Origin: an uncultured Bacteroidota bacterium
Lineage (GTDB): Bacteria > Bacteroidota > Bacteroidia > Flavobacteriales_D > Sanyastnellaceae
Assembly: GCA_903932685.1 (NCBI GenBank)
Contig: CAIZGX010000058.1
Coordinates: 634 to 64,633 of the forward strand
Length of the DNA stretch: 64,000 nucleotides
Direction: 5' to 3'
A model generated the notes under the pieces. That model saw only the letters and a list, made by a program, of their open reading frames with translations, searched no databases and was not told the DNA's origin. This document shows, piece after piece, positions 1-9,116 of this stretch. Position numbers and translations under genes: made by a program. Within the stretch, counting starts at the first letter, position 1, and every line of letters begins with the position of its first letter.

Positions 1-1
1 G

Positions 2-163
2 TTTTTCGCATCTATTCCTTTCCTTTTCAACAGCCCAGATATTGTTGGAAAGGGTCTTTCGAAGCAACTCGACGAAGGAGGTATAGGCTTCATGCTCATA
101 CTGTTGTTGTTGTTGTCGTTCCTTTACCGAAGTGTTAAGGTTTTTCGAAATCAGTTCATTTAA
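2..163 (+). CDS. 3' end of a probable membrane protein gene (truncated by window start)
   Basis: Open frame from position 2 to TAA at 161-163, translating to ...GIGFMLILLLLLSFLYRSVKVFRNQFI*, a hydrophobic helix followed by a basic tail. Confidence 0.4.
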   Translation, partial: FFASIPFLFNSPDIVGKGLSKQLDEGGIGFMLILLLLLSFLYRSVKVFRNQFI

Positions 164-238
164 TTCGGTTAATAACTCGCGGTTCGATTTTTTAGCTTGA
201 ATCATTGAAGAAGATATATTCGTTAAAACCAAACGAAC

Positions 239-1576
239 ATGGCTCCTCGCAAACAAAGAAAAATTTATGTGCTAGACACTTCTGTTCTTCTGCACGACCA
301 CAACAGTATTAACAGTTTCGAAGACAACTATGTTGCTATTCCCATAACTGTTTTAGAGGAGTTAGATAAGTTCAAAGTTGGAAATGAAAATAAAAATTTC
401 GAAGCACGTGAAACCATTCGAATCATTGACAGATTGTCTTCAACACACACACTGAATGCTTGGGTTCCTTTAGGAAACGGACACGGAGGGAAATTCAAAA
501 TTATTTTAGATATAGACCTTTCAGCGAACGACGATGCTGAAGCGATCTTTCAATCAAAGAAAAACGATCATAAAATCTTGAATGCGGCTATAGTTCTTCA
601 GAAGCAAGAAAAGAATAGCAAGGTTGTGTTGGTTACGAAAGACATTAACCTTCGTATCAAGGGGAAGGCGTTAGATATAGTTGCTGAAGATTACAAAACC
701 GGAAAAGTTAAAGAAAGTGTTACGGCTTATCGAGGTTATAGTGTTTTGGAGAATGTTTCAGCTGAAGCCATTCGAAAGCTATACACAGCAGGTGAATTGA
801 AAGACGCAAAGATCTTAGGTAAAGAAAAGCATAACAATCATTTTTATGTTTTGAAGTCAGGGACTTCGAGTGCACTTGCTTTTCACGGTGGAATAGAAAA
901 GAAAATTGAGCGTATAGATAAAGTTTATGCCATGGGCATTAAACCCAAGAATGCGGAACAAGCTTTCGCGCTTCATGCCATTATGAATCCTGAAATTAAA
1001 TTAATCACAATTTCGGGTGTTGCGGGAACAGGAAAAACCTTACTTGCATTAGCGGGTTCTTTGGAAATGAGAAATGGATTCGATCAATTGATTTTAGCGC
1101 GACCGATTATTCCACTTTCAAACAGAGATATTGGTTTCCTTCCAGGAGATGCCGAGGAAAAGGTTTCCCCCTATATGCAACCTTTATTCGATAATTTGAA
1201 TTTTATTAAGAAACAATATTCTGAGAATGAAAAAAAGCGTAAAGTAATCGACGAAATGCAAGCCGATGGAAGAATTATGATTACGCCGTTAGCGTTCATT
1301 CGCGGAAGAAGTCTTTCCAATTGTGTGTTTATTATAGATGAGGCCCAGAACTTGACTCCACACGAAGTGAAGACAATTATTACGCGAGCGGGGGAAAACA
1401 CGAAAGTTATTTTAACCGGAGATGTTCGTCAGATTGACACTCCTTATTTAGATGAGCAATCGAACGGTTTGTCATACGTAATGGATAGATTGAAAGGACA
1501 AGATTTATATTGTCACATTACACTCGAAAAAGGAGAAAGAAGCGAGCTAGCGAACCTAGCGAATGAGATGCTTTAG
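239..1576 (+). CDS. phoH: PhoH family protein with N-terminal PIN domain (PhoH2-type)
   Basis: N-terminal PIN motif YVLDTSVLLHD...VLEELD; C-terminal GxAGTGKT, IGFLPGD, RGRSL, IIDEAQNLT, GDxxQID motifs. Confidence 0.93.
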   Translation: MAPRKQRKIYVLDTSVLLHDHNSINSFEDNYVAIPITVLEELDKFKVGNENKNFEARETIRIIDRLSSTHTLNAWVPLGNGHGGKFKIILDIDLSANDDAEAIFQSKKNDHKILNAAIVLQKQEKNSKVVLVTKDINLRIKGKALDIVAEDYKTGKVKESVTAYRGYSVLENVSAEAIRKLYTAGELKDAKILGKEKHNNHFYVLKSGTSSALAFHGGIEKKIERIDKVYAMGIKPKNAEQAFALHAIMNPEIKLITISGVAGTGKTLLALAGSLEMRNGFDQLILARPIIPLSNRDIGFLPGDAEEKVSPYMQPLFDNLNFIKKQYSENEKKRKVIDEMQADGRIMITPLAFIRGRSLSNCVFIIDEAQNLTPHEVKTIITRAGENTKVILTGDVRQIDTPYLDEQSNGLSYVMDRLKGQDLYCHITLEKGERSELANLANEML

Positions 1577-1848
1577 GAAATCTCTTCAATATTGGAAAGA
1601 ACAACAATTTGTTCTTTCCCTTTCTTCGTTACGTTGTAACCAAGACCGCCTTTATTTACAATAAACCCTTCAAGGTACAACTTCGTTACACGCTCTCCGA
1701 GTTGCGTGCTATGAGTTTGGTGGGCAGCGTCGCGTTGAATACGCGTCCAGAAATTAGCCTCTAATTGATTGAGTTTAATGTATTGACTTTTGTTGTTTTT
1801 ACGGAAAGTCTGAATGATGTCTAAGATTACGAAATCGTATTTATCCAT
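1573..1848 (-). CDS. Small hypothetical protein, possible winged-helix fold
   Basis: 91-aa ATG ORF, convergent with phoH; ...LYLEGFI...YNVTKKG resembles a wHTH wing. Confidence 0.65.
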   Translation of the reverse strand: MDKYDFVILDIIQTFRKNNKSQYIKLNQLEANFWTRIQRDAAHQTHSTQLGERVTKLYLEGFIVNKGGLGYNVTKKGKEQIVVLSNIEEIS

Positions 1849-1985
1849 GTTTTAAATCTCCAAAAGTTTTGTTTAAGCTTCTCAACGAATGTACTCTGCT
1901 AACTTGGGCATGTGACAAGCTTGTCGAAATTTTTGCTCACAACATATTAACTAAATTTTATACCTTCGTATTCAACCTTAATGAA

Positions 1986-3035
1986 ATGAAAAAACTGTTA
2001 CTCAGCGTTTTGATTGTAGCGCCTTTATGTTTGAGCGCACAAATTACTATAACCAAAAATAATTTGCCACTAGGTGGAGATATTCTTGCTCAAGAGAATG
2101 CAACTTATGTCGGAACATTCGATGAAGGAGATACAGGTCCGAATCACGTTTGGAATTTCGACGAAACGAATCTTACGTTAACTGGGAATATTCAGCAAAC
2201 GGAGTGTATAGATATTTCCTCAACACCTTTCACATACCAAATATTTTTCAATAGCCCTTTTGATTCTGAACACAATTCAGATTTTGCCGTAGGCCTGGCT
2301 TCAATAGGTGGAAGCACGCAAGGACTTCCTGTTACGTTGGAAGATATTTACTCGTATTACCAAAACAACAACAGCCGTTACGCTATTGTGGGAGTAGGCG
2401 CTACGGTAAGCGGTATTCCAATTCCGCAACAAGCGAGTCCTGTAGATGTTGTCTACGATTATCCAGTTGCTTTCGGAGACTTGCATACAAGCGTTTCAGA
2501 GCAGGTGATTCAAATTCCTACATTGGGATATAGAAAGACCAATCAGACGCGTGTAAATGAAGTAGACGGTTGGGGTACGGTGAATTACTTCGGAACCTCT
2601 TACGATGTAATTCGTGTTAAAACAACAATCAATGCTGCAGACTCGATTTATGTAGATCTGTTGGGTTTTGGATTTCAGTTCGATCGCCCCGAAACGATTG
2701 AGTATAAATTTTTAGTACAGGAGTTTATGGTTCCTCTGGTTCAAGTGAATTATACCGCGGGAGCGAATTCAGGTGTGTTGGTGGCATCTCAACCCATTGG
2801 TGTTATCGAGTCTAGCGCGCCACAAGTGGCAGTTTTTCCTAATCCAACAACAGATTACCTAACGGTTCAATGGAAAAACGCGAATAATGTCGCTTATGCT
2901 ATTTTCAATATGGAAGGGAAACGTGTTTTAGAGGGAAGCCTTTCAGACAATTCTCAAATTGAAGTGAACGCACTTGCAAACGGGTTGTATTTTTTGAAGA
3001 CAGCATCAAGTGAAACCTATTTCTTAAAGAAATAA
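1986..3035 (+). CDS. Secreted protein with T9SS type-A C-terminal sorting domain
   Basis: Signal peptide MKKLLLSVLIVAPLCLSAQ (start moved to ATG 1986); C-terminal VFPNPTTD...IFNMEGK...LANGLYFLK. Confidence 0.88.
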   Translation: MKKLLLSVLIVAPLCLSAQITITKNNLPLGGDILAQENATYVGTFDEGDTGPNHVWNFDETNLTLTGNIQQTECIDISSTPFTYQIFFNSPFDSEHNSDFAVGLASIGGSTQGLPVTLEDIYSYYQNNNSRYAIVGVGATVSGIPIPQQASPVDVVYDYPVAFGDLHTSVSEQVIQIPTLGYRKTNQTRVNEVDGWGTVNYFGTSYDVIRVKTTINAADSIYVDLLGFGFQFDRPETIEYKFLVQEFMVPLVQVNYTAGANSGVLVASQPIGVIESSAPQVAVFPNPTTDYLTVQWKNANNVAYAIFNMEGKRVLEGSLSDNSQIEVNALANGLYFLKTASSETYFLKK

Positions 3036-3053
3036 TAGAAGTTTATTGAAATG

Positions 3054-3081
3054 AAAAAGGGAGCAGGCTGCTCCCTTTTTT
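3054..3081. terminator. Bidirectional intrinsic terminator
   Basis: AAAAAGGGAGCA-ggc-TGCTCCCTTTTTT between convergent genes. Confidence 0.85.
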
Positions 3082-3096
3082 AATACTCGAAAATTC

Positions 3097-4233
3097 TTAA
3101 TAGCAAGTGAATTCCGTATTACTCGGATTCGGATCGCAGAAGTTTAAATCAAATGTGTAGATGCCGTTCATTAGCGCATTAATGTTACTGGTTCCGTTAC
3201 CAGCCTCCAACGGAATGTTCAACACATATGCACTAGCACGTGAAGCGAATAGACCTAATCCACCTACAACATTCGTATAACTTGGACGCTCTTGAATAAT
3301 ACCGGTCACAGGGTTGTTCACGTTAATGTATGTCTTGAGCTCATCGTTAGCTAATCCCATGCGCAATTCGAAAGCACGGGTTTTATTTCCGTCGTATGTT
3401 CCCACTTCGCGACGAATGTGCGTGTCTGTTATGAGGTTCGTGCCTATATACGAGAAGAAAGGTTCAGCATTGAACGTGAGGTTGTAGTAACCTGAATTCA
3501 AATCAATGTCGTCTGCATTAAAGGTTCCTATTTTCCAGTCAATGAATTTGTCAGTTGAAGAGACCAATTGAGTTAATGCGTTATCTGAATATAGGTTTTC
3601 AGTGTAATAGAAGCGCAATGCCAAATCGTAAATCTCAGCATTGTCAATCGGAGTCCAACGTATGGAAACATTGTCGCGATAATCGATTGCTCCTGTTACG
3701 GTGTTTATCGAGGCGAACGACATCCCTAAATTGGTTTGTGGACTTTGGAAAAAGACATTGGCTGAAGGAATAACGTTCGTCCATGCGAATACATCAGGAC
3801 GAGAAACGAAATCGGCAACGAGTTTATAGGTAGCGTTGGGATTAAGTCCGGAAGGAGTCGCAAAGTAATAAACGGTTTGAGCCGGCCCGTAAAACATTCC
3901 GTTCACGTCTTTGTTGTTGACGGTAATTGGCGAAAGGTTATGTGTTGCAATTGGATTAGGATTGCCTGTAACGTACTCGTCAATGCGCAGAGAAGTAAAT
4001 TCTTCCCACTTGTATTCCGAACTGTCGCGAATCATGGCGTAATCGTTCAAATTGCCATCACCAAGAAAGGTCTTATTTACTTTAACAAATTGGGTGTCGG
4101 CCTGTGGATCTAGCAATCCGAAAACAATTGTAGTACTCGCGTATGGAGCGGTAAGGTCAACATCTGTTTCGCAAGAAGAAAAAACGGATAACGAAATTGC
4201 CGCAATTGCCGACAATGAAATAATCTTATTCAT
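3097..4233 (-). CDS. Lipoprotein, DUF4249-like
   Basis: Lipobox FSS-C; N-terminal VFGLLD...QFVKVNKTF; C-terminal YTNVVGGLGLFAS typical of this Bacteroidota family. Confidence 0.75.
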   Translation of the reverse strand: MNKIISLSAIAAISLSVFSSCETDVDLTAPYASTTIVFGLLDPQADTQFVKVNKTFLGDGNLNDYAMIRDSSEYKWEEFTSLRIDEYVTGNPNPIATHNLSPITVNNKDVNGMFYGPAQTVYYFATPSGLNPNATYKLVADFVSRPDVFAWTNVIPSANVFFQSPQTNLGMSFASINTVTGAIDYRDNVSIRWTPIDNAEIYDLALRFYYTENLYSDNALTQLVSSTDKFIDWKIGTFNADDIDLNSGYYNLTFNAEPFFSYIGTNLITDTHIRREVGTYDGNKTRAFELRMGLANDELKTYINVNNPVTGIIQERPSYTNVVGGLGLFASRASAYVLNIPLEAGNGTSNINALMNGIYTFDLNFCDPNPSNTEFTCY

Positions 4234-4285
4234 GGTTCAAATATAAGTCTTGTTTGAGGACTACAAATTCAATTCTTCGGAATTC

Positions 4286-5341
4286 TTACGCGTTCAGCGA
4301 CATTAAAAACTTGAGGGTATTAACATTATCAGCATAATCAGATAACGTTGGGCATTGACTGTTTCCGAAAGGAATAAACTCATTTCCAACAATACATTGA
4401 ATTTGATTTTCGAGGTTTTTCAGGTGTTGAAGCAGCGCTTCTTTGTTTTCGTAACGTTCATAGAACACAGACGCAACAGGCGATGCAATGTTTATGTCTT
4501 CCTTGAAAATAACAAATCCGTTTTCCAAAAGATCTTCGTTGTTCAATAACCACACGGCTTTGTTGTAGTCATAGTTGTTCGCGTATTTGTTGTGAGTGGC
4601 AATGCTTTGAAAGCTGAAAATGCCGTTGAAGATTCTGTCTAAATCGAAATCAGCGGGCATGTATAGTTTGGTCACATTGCGGCATCCCAATCCGAAGTAA
4701 TCGAAAAGATCGTTTCCTAATTTCTCCAATTGCTCGTCCGTTTCATTTCCATCGAGAATAGCAACACTGTTTCTATTTTGACGAATGATATGCGGATATT
4801 TCCCAAAGTAATTGTGGAAGTGAACAGCAGTCGAATTGCTACCTGTGGCAATAACGGCATCGAAATTCTCTAAATTTCCTTTCGAAAAAGAATAGTTCAA
4901 TTCGAAATCGTTTTCAAACTTGCCTGCAATTTTTAAAAGTGCAGGAATAAGTATAGGGTCGTCGGAACTAAGTTTTATCAGAAGCTTATGTCCTGAAACA
5001 AGAACAGAAAGAATATCGTGAAATGCTACAACAGGAATATTTCCAGCGCAGATAACAGCAATGGTTTTAGGTGAAGTGGCATAGAAGTGGTCGTTTGTCC
5101 AGGCAGTTAATTTTTCAGCGGTTAGCTCATTCGCCCAAGCCGAAAGGGCTTGACGAACATTAGCAGCCGTGAACCAACCGTTAAATGTAAACGCTGATTC
5201 AATGACGTTATTCACTCCGTTGAACTCCTCTTCGGTTAATCCGCAAGCATAGCCAGGCCAATCTTGCTTGGTCGAAAACAGCTGCAGAGCCTGTCCCAGT
5301 TGAACAAATGTTTGAATTCGCTGTTCTAATGTTGAATTCAT
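4286..5341 (-). CDS. Acyl-CoA reductase (LuxC-like)
   Basis: AGNIP, LIKLSSDD, DAVIATGSN, YFGLGCRNV motifs; start placed at MNSTLEQ (5341) to avoid overlap with the divergent ferredoxin. Confidence 0.88.
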   Translation of the reverse strand: MNSTLEQRIQTFVQLGQALQLFSTKQDWPGYACGLTEEEFNGVNNVIESAFTFNGWFTAANVRQALSAWANELTAEKLTAWTNDHFYATSPKTIAVICAGNIPVVAFHDILSVLVSGHKLLIKLSSDDPILIPALLKIAGKFENDFELNYSFSKGNLENFDAVIATGSNSTAVHFHNYFGKYPHIIRQNRNSVAILDGNETDEQLEKLGNDLFDYFGLGCRNVTKLYMPADFDLDRIFNGIFSFQSIATHNKYANNYDYNKAVWLLNNEDLLENGFVIFKEDINIASPVASVFYERYENKEALLQHLKNLENQIQCIVGNEFIPFGNSQCPTLSDYADNVNTLKFLMSLNA

Positions 5342-5399
5342 CGTAGGTGTATTAAATTTGCATGCGAAATTAAGGTTGAATTCAGATAAATAGCAGAAT

Positions 5400-5750
5400 A
5401 TGGCAATAATGATTACAGACGAATGCATCAACTGCGGTGCATGCGAACCAGAGTGTCCGAACCACGCAATTTACGAAGGTGGAGCAGAGTGGAAGTACAG
5501 TGAAGGAACAGGTCTCCGTGGAATCATGAATCCATTGAATGGTGGAGGTGAATTAGATGCAGATGGTTTGCAAGAAGCAAAGAGCATGGATGTGTACTAT
5601 ATCGTTTCAGACAAATGCACGGAGTGTGTTGGATTTCACGACGAACCACAATGTGCCGCGGTTTGTCCGGTTGATTGCTGCGTAGACGATCCCGAATTTA
5701 GAGAGACTGAAGAATATTTGTTGAAGAAGAAAGAGTTCATGCATTTGTAA
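5400..5750 (+). CDS. 4Fe-4S dicluster ferredoxin
   Basis: [12 protein letters not shown] and [18 protein letters not shown] motifs. Confidence 0.95.
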   Translation: MAIMITDECINCGACEPECPNHAIYEGGAEWKYSEGTGLRGIMNPLNGGGELDADGLQEAKSMDVYYIVSDKCTECVGFHDEPQCAAVCPVDCCVDDPEFRETEEYLLKKKEFMHL

Positions 5751-5770
5751 ATGCATCAAATCAGAGAAAG

Positions 5771-5796
5771 AAAAAGGGGCCGTAGCCCCTTTTTTT
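5771..5796. terminator. Bidirectional intrinsic terminator
   Basis: AAAAAGGGGC-cgta-GCCCCTTTTTTT between convergent genes. Confidence 0.85.
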
Positions 5797-6490
5797 ATTT
5801 GAATAAAGGAGCTCTTAAATCGAAGAGTAAAAAAATAGTAATTCCGGTTAGAAGAAATAAAAAGCTATTTATTCCAACTGTCCATGTGTCGGAAGATGTT
5901 TTCCGCTGCTGAACGAAGTAAACTGGAACGTACACAAGGCAAAGCAAGCCAACAGATGAAAGCATAAGTATGTTAGCAAAGGGCCAATGTTGCACCTTGA
6001 AAACTCCACCACAGGCGAACAATAGCACAATTAAACTTATGAGGGCGCTGAGTGATTTTTGCGTTTTTGAAATGGGATGATTGTGCATTCCAATGAGGGC
6101 TAAGGGAACCGCAGCAAAGAGCACAAGAGCCAAGCTGCTTACAATGAGCATAGCTGCTCCGGCCAAATGGAATATTTTGAAGATTGATCCAGTTACCAAT
6201 AGTATACTGGAAAATGCTAATACGTAGTTCAATGACTTTTTCATGTGTTTGAATTTTTGTTGGTGAATAAATTGAATGGTTTCCATTTCAATTTCATGTA
6301 AGTTGTCATGAAAAAAACGTGGAAGAATTGAATAAAAGAACGAGTGGAAGTCCTCGTTATCCGACATTTCATTTTCAATAATTGTACACATGTGATCTAT
6401 CAAATTAGCTTGCAGATCAGGCAAACTAATTCCATGTGATTCAATTTCTTTTCGAATGAAATCAACTTGTTCGTCAGTTAATGAGACCAT
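5795..6490 (-). CDS. Membrane protein with two GldL-N-like FKxxH(W/L)xxA motifs, PadR-associated
   Basis: Soluble N-terminus with LIDHMCTIIE, then about 5 TM helices containing GSIFKIFHLAGA and GGVFKVQHWPFAN; overlaps the padR end. Confidence 0.8.
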   Translation of the reverse strand: MVSLTDEQVDFIRKEIESHGISLPDLQANLIDHMCTIIENEMSDNEDFHSFFYSILPRFFHDNLHEIEMETIQFIHQQKFKHMKKSLNYVLAFSSILLVTGSIFKIFHLAGAAMLIVSSLALVLFAAVPLALIGMHNHPISKTQKSLSALISLIVLLFACGGVFKVQHWPFANILMLSSVGLLCLVYVPVYFVQQRKTSSDTWTVGINSFLFLLTGITIFLLFDLRAPLFK

Positions 6491-6827
6491 GGCTCGTTCC
6501 TTTATTCGCATCCAAGAGAATATGAAGTGTCTCCATAAACTCTCGGAGTTCGTCTATTTTCTTTTTACTTGTTGCCTTACCTTGTTTTGTTAGGCGGTAG
6601 TATTTACGCTGACGCTTTCCAATGAATTCCACTTCGGTTTCCAAGTCCTCACTGGCTTCCAAAGCATGAAGCAGGGGGTACAAGGCTCCTTCCGTGATTT
6701 GTATTTTGTCGTCGGTAAGTTCCTTTACCCGTTGTGTTATTTCGTAACCATACATACGTCCGTTCTCTTTTAGCAGATTTAGAACAATGGTTCGAAGAGT
6801 GCCTTTAATTAGTTCTGATGAATACAT
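6474..6827 (-). CDS. PadR family transcriptional regulator
   Basis: LIKGTL...MYGYEI...EGALYPLLH...RKYYRLT; TATATTTG box just upstream supports the MYSSEL start at 6827. Confidence 0.93.
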   Translation of the reverse strand: MYSSELIKGTLRTIVLNLLKENGRMYGYEITQRVKELTDDKIQITEGALYPLLHALEASEDLETEVEFIGKRQRKYYRLTKQGKATSKKKIDELREFMETLHILLDANKGTSHGLIN

Positions 6828-6836
6828 AGGACAAAT

Positions 6837-6857
6837 ATACATAAGAAACTTATGTAT
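6837..6857. promoter_or_regulatory. Probable PadR autoregulatory operator overlapping the promoter
   Basis: Perfect inverted repeat ATACATAAG-aaa-CTTATGTAT overlapping the minus-strand TATATTTG (-7) box at 6832-6839. Confidence 0.7.
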
Positions 6858-6879
6858 TTACTGTTTTATTGTTGAAAGC

Positions 6880-6912
6880 AAAAAAAAGGAGCGAATATTC
6901 GCTCCCTTTTTT
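6880..6912 (-). terminator. Intrinsic terminator of the S46 peptidase gene
   Basis: AAAAAAAGGAGCGAA-ta-TTCGCTCCCTTTTTT hairpin with tracts on both sides. Confidence 0.8.
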
Positions 6913-6929
6913 CAAATATCTAATTTCAA

Positions 6930-9092
6930 TTAGTTTCGGGCTCCTCTCACAAACAACATTTCATCTACAATATTCTTACCGCCCATAAGCTCTTCAACAA
7001 TGAACAACACATAACGAATGTCAACTGCAATCGTCCGCTGCAAGGCCGGTTCGTATGCAATGTCTCCGCTCATAGCCTCCCAGTTGCCGTCGAAGGCAAT
7101 ACCAATCACGTTTCCGTTTGCATCCAATACAGGGCTTCCGCTGTTTCCACCGGTGATGTCAAGGTCTGCAATGAAACAAGAAGGCAATTCACCTTTCTCA
7201 TTTGCATAACGACCGAACTGTTTGTTCTGAATTTTTTGTGCCAATGCTTCTGGAACAACGAACTCTGGATTGCTGTTGTCACGCTTCTCCATAATACCTG
7301 TGGCAGTAGTGTAGAAATCATAATGAACAGCATCTGCTGGAGTGTAGTCTTTCACTTGTCCGTATGTGATACGCATGGTGCTGTTCGCATCTGGTGCGTA
7401 TTGTTTTTCCGGATTCATTTCACGAAGTCCTGCTACAAATTCACGCTGTCCTTTGCTCATCTTCTCGCGAGGAATTAGTTTTCCTAAAGCATCACCGAAT
7501 TCACCAGCGCTTTTCGCTGTTGCAACAGCAAGATCTTTTTCGAAAACCTTTTGATTTGGCTTCGCCAAGAAGTTCATCAATTTAGTTTTGTCAACGATAA
7601 CAGAAGTTGCGAAAAGTTTGTCAGCATAAGCCTGAACGTTTCCTTTGTATTTCGCATCAAGCACTGCGTGCCAAGATGGACGCGCGTTTGCTGCAATGCG
7701 AGTGCGATACAAGTTTGTTAATGCAACAAACACATCCTTGTCGGTTTGAATGTTGTATTCCACATAGAAAGCTTCAGCAGATGCTTTGAATCCATCAAGC
7801 ATCGCTTGTTTCTTCGTAGCGTCCGTTTCAGCAAAATATTTTTCGAAGGTGCGTTGGAATTCAGAAGCCAAGCCCATGAATTCTGCTCCACCCATTCCAG
7901 TTAAACGAGCATACAAAAATGCTTTTTGTGTTTCGTTGGTTGAAGAATAAAAGTCTTGCAACATCGGAAGTGACTTGCCGTATTTTTCGTTAGCTGCAGA
8001 ATTAGAAGTTAACCACTTCGTGAATCCAGCTTCAGTAGCAGCTTTCTTTCCTTCAACATCTAAACGCTTCAATCCGCGTGTTTGTCCAATGTAGTACTTC
8101 CAAGAGTTTGCAGTGCTTGCATACTTCGCAGCATACATCAAACGAACACCTTCGTTCGCATCCATGTTCTTCTTCCAAGTTTCTAATTTCAATCCGAAGC
8201 ATTCAACCAAAATTGGGTTCTGCACGTCAACCGCTTGCTCAACTCCGTAAGAGGTTAAGTAACGAGAAGTTCTTGCAGGATAACCCATGATCATTGCGAA
8301 ATCGCCTTGCTTCACACCACCCATGTTAATAGGGAAGAAGTGCTTAGGCTTCAAAGGCGTGTTGTCTTTGCTGTAATCTGCAGGCTTATTTTCAGCACCT
8401 GCATAAATACGCAACATGCTGAAGTCACCGGTGTGACGTGGCCACATCCAATTGTCTGTATCACCACCGAATTTACCAACGCTTTCAGGAGGATTACCAA
8501 CTAAGCGAATGTCGCGATACGTTTGATAAACGAATAAGTAAAATTCGTTTCCAGCGTAGAATGTTTTTACTTCAGAATTGTATAAACCGCTTTCGTTCGC
8601 AGCCTTCACCAATTCTTTGTTTCGAGCCATAATTGCAGCTTCACGTTCTGCTTCAGTCATGTTCGCATTCACAGCGCCCAATACGCTTGATGTTACATCT
8701 TCAACACGAACCAAAAAAGAAAGCGTTAAGCCTGGAATCGGAATTTCTTGATCCAATGACTTCGCACAAAATCCGTTTTGAAGAATGTTGTTTTCTAATG
8801 TTGAAGAAGACTGAATCGCATCGTATGCGCAGTGGTGATTCGTGAATACAAGGCCTTTGTCACTCACAATTTCTCCAGTGCAAAATCCTGCTCCGAAGCG
8901 AACAATAGCATCTTTCAAAGATGCTTGATTAATGTTGTAGATGTCGTCTTTGGAAAGTTTTAATCCAAGACCTTGCATTTCAGCTTCGTTAATTTTATTC
9001 AACATAGCCACCACCCACATGCCTTCCGTAGCGAACATTGCGCTTGGGACCATCATGAGCACCGTTAGTGCGAGAATGAGATTTTTTTTCAT
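6930..9092 (-). CDS. S46 family dipeptidyl peptidase (DPP7-like)
   Basis: EGMW, TNHHC, DNWMWPRHTGDF, TGGNSGSPV, FDGNWEAMSGD (Gly rather than the DPP11 Arg). Confidence 0.95.
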   Translation of the reverse strand: MKKNLILALTVLMMVPSAMFATEGMWVVAMLNKINEAEMQGLGLKLSKDDIYNINQASLKDAIVRFGAGFCTGEIVSDKGLVFTNHHCAYDAIQSSSTLENNILQNGFCAKSLDQEIPIPGLTLSFLVRVEDVTSSVLGAVNANMTEAEREAAIMARNKELVKAANESGLYNSEVKTFYAGNEFYLFVYQTYRDIRLVGNPPESVGKFGGDTDNWMWPRHTGDFSMLRIYAGAENKPADYSKDNTPLKPKHFFPINMGGVKQGDFAMIMGYPARTSRYLTSYGVEQAVDVQNPILVECFGLKLETWKKNMDANEGVRLMYAAKYASTANSWKYYIGQTRGLKRLDVEGKKAATEAGFTKWLTSNSAANEKYGKSLPMLQDFYSSTNETQKAFLYARLTGMGGAEFMGLASEFQRTFEKYFAETDATKKQAMLDGFKASAEAFYVEYNIQTDKDVFVALTNLYRTRIAANARPSWHAVLDAKYKGNVQAYADKLFATSVIVDKTKLMNFLAKPNQKVFEKDLAVATAKSAGEFGDALGKLIPREKMSKGQREFVAGLREMNPEKQYAPDANSTMRITYGQVKDYTPADAVHYDFYTTATGIMEKRDNSNPEFVVPEALAQKIQNKQFGRYANEKGELPSCFIADLDITGGNSGSPVLDANGNVIGIAFDGNWEAMSGDIAYEPALQRTIAVDIRYVLFIVEELMGGKNIVDEMLFVRGARN

Positions 9093-9116
9093 TTGATTTA
9101 TTTGAGGTTTGACGTT

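Noticed and set aside
1869..1985. Extended N-termini given by the ORF track (also 5431, 24525, 33751, 33857, 45677)
   Set aside because: They overlap divergent genes or promoter boxes; downstream ATGs fit the signal peptides or family N-termini better.
4286..5341. Bioluminescence (lux) locus
   Set aside because: Only a LuxC-like reductase is present, without luxAB; such stand-alone reductases next to a ferredoxin are ordinary in Bacteroidota.
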